Of a stretch of 64,000 nt of DNA, positions 56,687 through 64,000 are shown in pieces (position 1 is the first letter of the stretch; each line of letters begins with the position of its first letter). Origin of the DNA: Fimbriimonadales bacterium. Its GTDB lineage: Bacteria; Armatimonadota; Fimbriimonadia; Fimbriimonadales; GBS-DC. The stretch covers positions 459,221-523,220 of the forward strand of contig AP024673.1 in NCBI GenBank assembly GCA_025998675.1, written 5' to 3'. A model generated the notes under the pieces. That model saw only the letters and a list, made by a program, of their open reading frames with translations, did no database searches and had not been told where the DNA came from. Made by a program: the position numbers and the translations under genes.

Positions 56687-56829
56687 AGCGCGTTCTACAG
56701 CACGGCGCGCCTGTGGGACGATGGGATTATCGACCCTGCGGACACGCGCACCGTGCTGGCGCTGGCGCTCTCTGCCGCCTACAACGCGCCCATCCCCGAA
56801 ACCCGCTTCGGCGTGTTTCGGATGTAGCC
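56687..56829 (+). repeat. Right copy of the 143-bp direct repeat: orphan 3' fragment of the carboxyltransferase gene
   Basis: Encodes [46 protein letters not shown] with no upstream carboxyltransferase coding sequence. Confidence 0.85.
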
Positions 56830-56831
56830 GA

Positions 56832-57821
56832 CTATTCACGCACGGGCAGAGGCATGCCGTACTCGGCGGCGCGATAGGCGGCTAAGGCGACGGCGGCGGC
56901 GCGGTAGCCGTCCTCGCCGGTCGCCAGCGTCTGGCGCGGCTCGCCCGCAACCACTCGCACGAACTCGTCCACCATCAGGTAGTCGATGTTGTCGCCCCAG
57001 AACGCCTGTCGGATACGCTCGGCGCGGTCGTCGTAGTGAACGAGGTGCTGCGCGAACATGTCCATCTCGATAATCCCGCGCGCGCCGACGGCGGCGAGGG
57101 TCACATCGCCCCAGGTGGGGAAGGTCTTCGGGCGCGACCAGCTGGCGTCCAGCGTCGCGAACACGCCGTTCTGCAGGGTCATGCTGAGCATCGCCGTGTC
57201 GTCATACGCGCCGTGAAACATGTTGTTGCCCGTCTCGGCGTACACTTCGGTAATCTCCTGTCCCGTGAGCAGGCGTATCAGGTCGGCGACATGCACCGTG
57301 TGGTCAATCAGCGCGCCGCCGCCCGATTGTGCGGGGTCAGTGAACCAGCCGCCGGGGTTCGAGCCGCGGTTCGTGCCGCGCAGCGCGAGCAGCTCGCCGA
57401 TAGCGCCCGATTCGTAGAGCTGGCGCATCTGCTGAAACGCGGGGCTGAATCGGCAGGGAAAGGCGGTGAACAGGTGGACGCCTGCGCCCTGCGCGGCGGC
57501 GAGCATCGCCTTGCCGTCCTCCTCGCGGGTCATCAGCGGCTTCTCGCACAGGATATGCTTCCCTGCCGCCGCCGCCATCTGCGCCAGCGGCGCGTGGCGC
57601 ACATTTTCCGAGCAGATAATCACCGCCTGCACCTCGGACGCCAGCAACGCCTCATAACTATCGAACGCCTGCGTCTCCCACTGGAGCGCCTTCGCCTGCG
57701 CACGCTGTTTATCGTGGTCGGCGATGCCGACCAGCTCCGCGCTGGGGTGTGTCTTGAGGCAGTGCGCGTAGCTGTCGGCGTGCAGGTGCGCGAAACTCAT
57801 GATGCCCACTTTGACCTTCAT
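56832..57821 (-). CDS. Gfo/Idh/MocA-family NAD(P)-dependent oxidoreductase
   Basis: MKVKVGIMSFAHLHADSY ... ILCEKPL, a Rossmann N-terminus plus the GFO C-terminal domain. Start ATG 57821 with a ggaggg RBS. The listed ORF extends far upstream spuriously. Confidence 0.85.
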   Translation of the reverse strand: MKVKVGIMSFAHLHADSYAHCLKTHPSAELVGIADHDKQRAQAKALQWETQAFDSYEALLASEVQAVIICSENVRHAPLAQMAAAAGKHILCEKPLMTREEDGKAMLAAAQGAGVHLFTAFPCRFSPAFQQMRQLYESGAIGELLALRGTNRGSNPGGWFTDPAQSGGGALIDHTVHVADLIRLLTGQEITEVYAETGNNMFHGAYDDTAMLSMTLQNGVFATLDASWSRPKTFPTWGDVTLAAVGARGIIEMDMFAQHLVHYDDRAERIRQAFWGDNIDYLMVDEFVRVVAGEPRQTLATGEDGYRAAAVALAAYRAAEYGMPLPVRE

Positions 57822-58795
57822 AGTCGAACAACCCTCCCTGTTTGCGCCGATTCGATCGCGGCGAGCGCGAGCCGCACAGCGTTGTAGCCGTCCTCGACGG
57901 TGATTTCGGGCGTCTGCCCCGACTGCACGCAGTCCACGAAGTGGCGCAACTCCAGATAGTAGGGGTTCTGCACGGCGGGGCTTTCGGGAACCTGCACGCC
58001 GCCTGCGCCGTTCTCCGCGCGTGTGGCAATCTGCAGGGCGACCTGGCGCGTCGAGTCGTACTCCAGCATGCCCGAATCGCCGCACACCTCGAAGTTCACC
58101 TTGAAGCCGCTGGGGTCGCACCATGTGCCCTCGATATGCCCGACTGCGCCGTTTTTGAACTTCAGCGTGACGAGCGTGTAGTCCAGATGGCGCAGGTTGC
58201 GGAAGGTGAGCGCTTTCGCGTAGACGCGCTCGACCGCCCCCAGCGTCCAGAGCATCCAGTCGAAATCGTGGATAATCAGATCCAGGATAACGCCGCCGCT
58301 TTTCTCGAAGTCGGCGTACCAGTCGCTTTTGGTGCGCGGGAAGTCGCCGCCGCGTCGCATGCGCACCGCCGCGATGGCGCCCAGCGCGCCGCTTTTCACC
58401 AGCCGATTCGCCGCGCGGTACTCCGGGAAAAAGCGCAGCACATGCGCGGGCATAAACGGCGTGTTGTGTTGCCTGACCGCCTGCACAATCCGCTCGCAGT
58501 CTTCCAGCGTGCGTGCGAGCGGCTTCTCGCACACGACCGCCCTGCCTGCCTCAATCGCAGGGAGCGCGTACTCCGCATGACGATAGGTGGGCGTGCAGAT
58601 GTCGACAATCTCGCACGCTTTCAGCAGCGCGTCGTAATCGTCTGCGACGGGTACGTCGTACTCCTGCGCGAACGCGGCGGCGCGATCCGTGTGGTGGTCG
58701 TACACCGCTGCGATTTCTACATCGGGCATCTGACGGTAGGCGTCCATGTGTTGCCGTCCCATCGTGCCCAAGCCAACAATCCCAACTTTTACCAT
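57818..58795 (-). CDS. Gfo/Idh/MocA-family NAD(P)-dependent oxidoreductase
   Basis: MVKVGIVGLGTMGRQH ... VVCEKPLA. Its stop overlaps the downstream paralog's start. Confidence 0.85.
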   Translation of the reverse strand: MVKVGIVGLGTMGRQHMDAYRQMPDVEIAAVYDHHTDRAAAFAQEYDVPVADDYDALLKACEIVDICTPTYRHAEYALPAIEAGRAVVCEKPLARTLEDCERIVQAVRQHNTPFMPAHVLRFFPEYRAANRLVKSGALGAIAAVRMRRGGDFPRTKSDWYADFEKSGGVILDLIIHDFDWMLWTLGAVERVYAKALTFRNLRHLDYTLVTLKFKNGAVGHIEGTWCDPSGFKVNFEVCGDSGMLEYDSTRQVALQIATRAENGAGGVQVPESPAVQNPYYLELRHFVDCVQSGQTPEITVEDGYNAVRLALAAIESAQTGRVVRL

Positions 58796-58872
58796 CGCGT
58801 CCGCCCGATTCGCGCCTGCGCGCGAAACTCCTGCTCTGAAGAAATCGCCCGCTGCACGCCAGAATTACCAGT

Positions 58873-59136
58873 ATGAGTCAGGGCGAAGTGCTGGAGGCGG
58901 CGCGTCAGGCGATGATGGTTGGGTTGCAAGTGGCGATGCCCGTGCTGCTCGCTGCGCTGGTGGTGGGGCTGATTGTGAGCGTGTTTCAAGCCGTCACGCA
59001 GATTCAGGAGATGACGCTGCAGTTTATCCCGAAGATGATTGCTGTTGGGCTGGTTGCGTTGTTTGCGGGCGGCTGGATGCTGACCCAGATCGTCGAGTTC
59101 ACCGTGCGCGTATTCACGAACCTACCGCCGCGATGA
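58873..59136 (+). CDS. fliQ: Flagellar/T3SS export-gate protein FliQ
   Basis: 87 aa, two TM, and the conserved VFQAVTQIQEMTLQFIPK motif. Confidence 0.88.
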   Translation: MSQGEVLEAARQAMMVGLQVAMPVLLAALVVGLIVSVFQAVTQIQEMTLQFIPKMIAVGLVALFAGGWMLTQIVEFTVRVFTNLPPR

Positions 59137-59912
59137 GTCTGGACACGGAGTGGTTCTGGGCGTTTCTGGTCGCATTTGTGCGGGCGTCGGGGCTGGCGCT
59201 GGTCGCGCCTGTTTTTGGCAGTCGGCTCGTGCCCGCGCCGATACGGGTGGGGCTGTCGGCGGTGCTGGCGTTTGCGCTCGCGCCGCTGATTCAGCCATAC
59301 ACGGGCGCGCCGCCCACGGACTGGGTTCCGCTCATTCTGCGGATTGCAGGGGAGGCGATTGTTGGAGTGGCGCTGGGCTATGGGGTGAGTCTGATTATCG
59401 GCGCGGCAGTGATGGCGGGCGAGGTGCTGGACACGATGATTGGTTTTAACCTGATGCAGGTGCTGAACCCTGTGTCCACCTTCCCGACCACGCTGCTGGC
59501 GCAGTTCCATTACCTGCTGGCGATGACGCTGTTCGCGCTGGTGAACGGGCACTACTGGCTGGTGCACGCGCTGGCGCGGAGTTTTGAGACGCACGCGGGG
59601 CTGGGCAGCCTGAGCGTGTGGTCGGAGGCGAGCCTCGCGACGGCGACTCAGCTGGGCGGCGAGGTGATGATGCTCTGCGTGCAGATTGCCGCGCCTGCGG
59701 GTGGGGTGCTGCTGGTGGTGGACGCGGCGATGGCGGCGGTCTCGCGCGCTGTGCCCCAGATTCCCGTGTGGCTGATTGGGATGCCCGCCAAAATCGCCGT
59801 CGGGATTGTCGCGCTGGGGGCGAGCCTGCCTGCGCTGGTGAGCGTCAGCGCGCGCATGACCGACCTCTCCGTGCGCTATCTGGAGCAAATCCTGCGCTTG
59901 CTGGGGATCTAA
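59133..59912 (+). CDS. fliR: Flagellar/T3SS export-gate protein FliR
   Basis: About 259-aa polytopic protein (FLVAFVRASGLALVAPVFG ... GEAIVGVALGY ... MPAKIAVG). ATGA overlap with fliQ. Confidence 0.82.
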   Translation: MSLDTEWFWAFLVAFVRASGLALVAPVFGSRLVPAPIRVGLSAVLAFALAPLIQPYTGAPPTDWVPLILRIAGEAIVGVALGYGVSLIIGAAVMAGEVLDTMIGFNLMQVLNPVSTFPTTLLAQFHYLLAMTLFALVNGHYWLVHALARSFETHAGLGSLSVWSEASLATATQLGGEVMMLCVQIAAPAGGVLLVVDAAMAAVSRAVPQIPVWLIGMPAKIAVGIVALGASLPALVSVSARMTDLSVRYLEQILRLLGI

Positions 59913-59937
59913 AGCTGTTAACTGATTGCAAATCATT

Positions 59938-60327
59938 CTATATAAAAATCACCTGAACCCCAAGCTTTGCAACATGTTGGAAGTGTGAGTCGCGCGTCAG
60001 CAACGGCAACTGATGTGTTGTTGCAAAAGCCGCCATCCACAAATCATTTTCTGGTATAGGAGTACCGCCTTGCTTGAGTGCGCGCTTCAGTTCTGCATAC
60101 ACTGCTGCTACAGATTCATCGGTATGCAAGATGGGATAACTCGACAGGAACTGCTTCAACTGCTGCAGATTGTGCTCGGGACGCCCTGATATTAACGCAC
60201 CGTAGTACAGCTCTCCTACTGCAATCACGCAGACAATCAGTTCGGTTTCTGGGGGAAACGCAAGCTGCAGAGAGCCTCGTATCAACTCCACAAGCACGCT
60301 CGTATCCGCCAGATACTTACCATTCAT
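59938..60327 (-). CDS. vapC: PIN-domain toxin VapC (intact)
   Basis: YLADTSVLVELIRG ... IAVGELYYGA ... ENDLWMAAFATTHQLPLLTRDSHF. Confidence 0.85.
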   Translation of the reverse strand: MNGKYLADTSVLVELIRGSLQLAFPPETELIVCVIAVGELYYGALISGRPEHNLQQLKQFLSSYPILHTDESVAAVYAELKRALKQGGTPIPENDLWMAAFATTHQLPLLTRDSHFQHVAKLGVQVIFI

Positions 60328-60544
60328 CGGGGTCTACCTGTTCACATCCTGCTTCGATAGCCTGCAGGATTGCATCGGCGTCTTCTGCACTGAGCAACCC
60401 TGCATGTTTCTCAAACTCTGCCAGTGGAATCCCTCGCAGGGGGACATTCTGAGACAGCCGCTGCGCGTATTCCAGTACCTGCTGCTGCAGCGGCTCTGGC
60501 AGACGCTCGACCATCTCGCGTACACGATCCGCGATAGTACTCAT
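60317..60544 (-). CDS. Antitoxin of the second vapBC pair (DUF2281-like)
   Basis: 75 aa, MSTIADRVREMVERLPEPLQQQVLEYAQRL. Overlaps the vapC start by 11 nt. Confidence 0.6.
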   Translation of the reverse strand: MSTIADRVREMVERLPEPLQQQVLEYAQRLSQNVPLRGIPLAEFEKHAGLLSAEDADAILQAIEAGCEQVDPDEW

Positions 60545-60627
60545 CGCTTCGATTATACCGCCCACACCTGCAGCAGCAGGAATATTGCTCTCGACGCCGA
60601 ATCATCCCCGCTATCAGGGGGATACTG

Positions 60628-61635
<1,008 letters not shown>

Positions 61636-61657
61636 GTGGAGAAGCCTCCACGGGATA

Positions 61658-61684
61658 GTACGGGCGCGATGTCTGCGCCCGTAC
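61658..61684. terminator. Bidirectional stem-loop between convergent moxR and the YHS gene
   Basis: Perfect 10-bp stem gtacgggcgc / gcgcccgtac with a 7-nt loop. A second 6-bp hairpin (gtggag-aagc-ctccac) lies at 61636-61651. Confidence 0.55.
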
Positions 61685-61695
61685 CTGCAGGGTGG

Positions 61696-62367
61696 TTAGT
61701 TCGTATCCGCTTTCTCTGGCTTGCCCTGAAGCGCGGAGAGTTGTTCGGCTTTCTTCGCGTAGGTTTCAGGGTCTTTGAGGAACTTGTTCTTGCAGCCGTT
61801 GCAGCAGGTGTAGTAGACCTTGCCGTTGTAGGTGAAGCGCACGGCGTCGGCTTCGGTCAGTTCCTCGCCCGACACAGGGCACATGAGTTTGTTTGCAGGC
61901 GCGGCGGCAGCGGTCTGGGTGGTCTGTGCCTCCTTCTTGTCGCTGCAGCACGACGCGCTTGCGGTCGCCTTCTCGCCGCCGCTGCAGCAGGATGCGCCAG
62001 CGGCTTTCTCAGCGCTGTTGCAGCACGATTCGCCTTCCTTCTTCGCAGGGGCGTTGCTCACCGTGCGCACAGCAGCCGCTTGCTTCACATACTTGTCGGG
62101 GTTCTTTTTGAACTCGGCAAGGCAGCTCTGGCAGTTGAAGTAGTAGGTCTTACCGCGATAAGCATACTTGGGCGCCTTGTTGGTATCCGTGATGACCTTG
62201 CCCGAGACAGGGCAGCGTACCTCCTGCTTGGACGCAGTTTGCTTGGTCGCCTGCGTCTTCTGGGGGGACTGCTTCTGATTGCTGGACTTATTTGTCTGCA
62301 CAAATGCGATGGCGCTGAGTGCAAAGCTCATCGCAAACACAGCTACGGTTAATCCGAAGTTTCTCAT
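61696..62367 (-). CDS. Secreted protein with two YHS-type domains and a Cys-Cys-rich linker
   Basis: Signal peptide. Two modules CPVSG-x-(I/L)...Y-x-G-K-x-YY-(F/T)-(N/C)C..C...F.K(N/D)P(D/E).Y. The linker carries CCNS, CCSGG and CCSD doublets. Confidence 0.65.
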   Translation of the reverse strand: MRNFGLTVAVFAMSFALSAIAFVQTNKSSNQKQSPQKTQATKQTASKQEVRCPVSGKVITDTNKAPKYAYRGKTYYFNCQSCLAEFKKNPDKYVKQAAAVRTVSNAPAKKEGESCCNSAEKAAGASCCSGGEKATASASCCSDKKEAQTTQTAAAAPANKLMCPVSGEELTEADAVRFTYNGKVYYTCCNGCKNKFLKDPETYAKKAEQLSALQGKPEKADTN

Positions 62368-62434
62368 GAGATTACCTCCGTGCGTATTATACCCCGCGCG
62401 GTATGCTTTTGCAAGGGTATAATTGAGCGCGTTT

Positions 62435-62518
62435 GCCCAGGTGGCGGAACGGTAGACGCGGGGGACTTAAAATCCTCTGGGGCAACCCGTGCGGGTTCGA
62501 ATCCCGCCCTGGGCACCA
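62435..62518 (+). tRNA. tRNA-Leu (anticodon TAA), CCA encoded
   Basis: Acceptor stem GCCCAGG/CCTGGGC, anticodon loop cT-TAA-aa, long variable arm (tggggcaacccgtgc), T-arm GGGTTCGAATCCC, 3' ACCA. Confidence 0.9.
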
Positions 62519-62880
62519 TACCCCACAGGTTGCACAACCCCTGCGCCCAACCTACTACTCCTTGCCCTTGTGTGTCCATCACTGAAACGCCCTGAATCAT
62601 AAATCCCCAGGTCGAAACCTGTCCCTTTCGCGCCTGTTATTATTGGAGTTGCAGGCTCTCCAGAATGAGGGGCTTTCAGTGGCTATACCGTGAGGGGGGC
62701 AGTGAGGTACAATACCTGCGCTGCTGCAACCGCACTGCAGTAGCCACGCCCGCCGTGCCCCTAACACGGGCGGGCACTCATATTATACCGCGCTTAATGG
62801 AAGATTCCTGCCAGAAACGCGCCGAAAATGCACGGCTTTTCGCCCCGTTTGCGGGCAATTGTTGCAGGCGCGTAGGTTCA

Positions 62881-62942
62881 TTTGTCTACTTTGTCTACAG
62901 GCGTGCGCCCCCATTTTAGGTACGTTTGTCCAATTTGTCCAA
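62881..62942 (+). repeat. Two pairs of tandem 9-mers (TTTGTCTAC x2; TTTGTCCAA x2)
   Basis: 62881-62898 and 62925-42, in a non-coding stretch between tRNA-Leu and the phage-like genes. Confidence 0.8.
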
Positions 62943-63147
62943 TGGTTTCGGGGCAATTTCGCGCGAATGCACTCGCAACAGGGCGACAGGAACGCCCCGT
63001 ATTTTCCCTCTCCGCAGGCTTTGGCGCAAGGGGGTAGAGATGTACCCCTGCGCTCTCAGAGGGGCTTCAGAGGGCGAATACGGGGCAAGTTCATGCGCTT
63101 TCAGGAGCGATTCTGCGCAGGTTCGTTGCGCGAAAGTGAGTTCAAAA

Positions 63148-63165
63148 TCTGACACATCTGACACA
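63148..63165 (+). repeat. Tandem 9-mer TCTGACACA x2
   Basis: Read directly. It lies 10 nt from the stop of the VRR-NUC gene. Confidence 0.8.
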
Positions 63166-63175
63166 AAGCGGGGTT

Positions 63176-63535
63176 TCAAGGCGTGTCGGGCGACAGAGTT
63201 GCCACGATGGACGCCCAGTCCGATGGACGCCAAAGGTAGACTTCCACGCCGTTGCACGCTCTGAGCGCGTCCAACCACGCCTGCTGCTCTTTGGACACCC
63301 TTCCTTTCTCGCTTTTGAGTTCGGCGAATACAAGGCGGGGCGGTCTTAGCAGAATGAGGTCGGGTAGACCCGCTTCGCCTTGAAGTGGAGTCGCCCACCT
63401 GCCACTGCGGTACTGGGCGGGGCGTGAGTGGTACACGCGCCAACCGCATAGGCGGGCGAGTTGAATCACACGCGCCTGAAACTCACGCTCAGGAACGGCG
63501 TCGCTGAGCAGGAGCGGTAGATGTTTTTTGCTCAT
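63176..63535 (-). CDS. VRR-NUC domain nuclease (phage-type)
   Basis: EREFQARVIQLARLCGWRVYH...GLPDLILLRPPRLVFAELKSEKGRVSKEQQAWLDAL, a D...E-x-K core with the VRR-NUC layout. Start at ATG 63535 (MSKKHLP). Confidence 0.75.
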   Translation of the reverse strand: MSKKHLPLLLSDAVPEREFQARVIQLARLCGWRVYHSRPAQYRSGRWATPLQGEAGLPDLILLRPPRLVFAELKSEKGRVSKEQQAWLDALRACNGVEVYLWRPSDWASIVATLSPDTP

Positions 63536-63692
63536 GGCGGGACGGCTCTGCTTCAACATCGAGCGGGACGGCGCGAAGTAGCACCACATTCGTAGGAAGC
63601 CAGCCGACGGCGTGGCAGGCGTCGTGGAAACTGAGCGCGTCCACCACCACACGCCGACGGGACTCGATGTGCTGGAGTTCGTAGCGTTTCAT
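63489..63692 (-). CDS. Small hypothetical protein (67 aa)
   Basis: ATG 63692 (MKRYELQHIE...) lies 5 nt after the upstream gene's stop and the ORF overlaps the VRR-NUC start, a compact phage-like arrangement. No motif recognised. Confidence 0.35.
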   Translation of the reverse strand: MKRYELQHIESRRRVVVDALSFHDACHAVGWLPTNVVLLRAVPLDVEAEPSRHEQKTSTAPAQRRRS

Positions 63693-63696
63693 CACA

Positions 63697-64000
63697 TCAC
63701 ACCTCCAGCAGGGCGAGTTGCGGTTGCTGTTGCGCTGCAGCAGGGTCATGGCAGTGCCAATACCGCAGGGGGCAGGCATACTGGGGTGGGAACCCGCCGC
63801 GCTGAATCGTGAACCGCTTGGCGTCATACACACTCGCACTGATGGTATACACACGCCCAGACTCTTCATCAGTGAACTCCAGCGTGTGAAACTGGGCACG
63901 GTAGGCGTCGTATAAACCCGCGTCGATGCAGAGGGCGGGCGGTTTCTGGAGAAGATGGCGGGACGCTCTGAATCGTCGCTTAAGGACGCCATTCTCCAGC
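63697..64000 (-). CDS. 3' end of a gene running off the window (100 codons visible)
   Basis: My own translation of the minus strand from 63999: LENGVLKRRF...LCIDAGLYDAYRAQFHTLEFTDEESGRVYTISASVYDAKRFTIQRGGFPPQYACPLRYWHCHDP...LLEV*. It is absent from the ORF track because the start is outside the window. Function unknown. Confidence 0.5.
   Translation of the reverse strand, partial: LENGVLKRRFRASRHLLQKPPALCIDAGLYDAYRAQFHTLEFTDEESGRVYTISASVYDAKRFTIQRGGFPPQYACPLRYWHCHDPAAAQQQPQLALLEV

Larger units (their letters stand above)
47899..56829. mobile_element. Putative integrated genomic island (about 8.9 kb including both repeats), no integrase seen
   Basis: Bracketed by the 143-bp direct repeats. 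The interior is visibly AT-richer than the flanking genes and contains only accessory-type genes, two frameshifted genes and a gene relic. Confidence 0.55.

Noticed and set aside
61636-62352. Listed ORF 61636..62352 (+, 238 aa)
   Set aside because: It is exactly antisense to the YHS-domain gene, which has a signal peptide and repeated CPVSG…YY..C motifs. The + strand translation is Leu/Ala/Gly/Arg-rich with no features.
62665-63449. ORFs 62665..62919 (+), 62859..63152 (+), 62916..63449 (-) and 62926..63264 (+) in the tRNA-adjacent region
   Set aside because: They mutually overlap in several frames, have Arg/Cys-rich non-protein-like composition, and lack RBSs. The region is treated as non-coding or regulatory.

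Overview
High-GC (roughly mid-60s %) bacterial chromosomal segment with dense coding; I cannot name the organism. From left to right it contains the following. (1) A complete late dcw/division cluster at 1-11.5 kb: mraY (cut by the window edge), murD, ftsW, murG, a murC-ddl fusion, ftsQ, DUF881, sbp, ftsA and ftsZ. (2) A TPR / TPR / PilZ / GT2 block, then housekeeping genes (aroE, yqeG-like HAD, GlcF-like Fe-S protein, ArsR, YceI, NAD kinase, cysteine desulfurase, RseP). (3) A small accessory patch at 25.4-28.0 kb with an IS element carrying about 50-bp inverted ends, a dockerin-only gene remnant, and a vapBC pair whose toxin is frameshifted. (4) ybdK, pstSCA without pstB, hisF, a 1095-aa protein with a repetitive charged N-terminus, a HAD phosphatase and panD. 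(5) A low-GC type II restriction-modification pair. (6) A GlmL-like gene, a PCP/Wza/BatA envelope block and an MccB-like carboxyltransferase. (7) The most interesting region, an AT-richer island of about 8.8 kb (47.9-56.8 kb). It is bracketed by 143-bp direct repeats that duplicate the 3' end of the carboxyltransferase gene. It carries an ECF-like sigma gene interrupted at a G11 tract, a secreted dockerin-FN3 protein with an unassignable C-terminal domain, and four tandem paralogous PD40-like proteins without signal peptides (one frameshifted). It also carries a 70-bp relic of the FN3 gene and a terminal toxin-like/immunity-like pair. (8) Two Gfo/Idh/MocA oxidoreductases, an isolated fliQ-fliR pair, a second vapBC, moxR, a double-YHS Cys-rich protein and tRNA-Leu(TAA). 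These are followed by a non-coding stretch with three pairs of tandem 9-mers and phage-like genes (VRR-NUC) running off the window. All functional calls come from motif recognition by eye. No database search, HMM or composition calculation was run.
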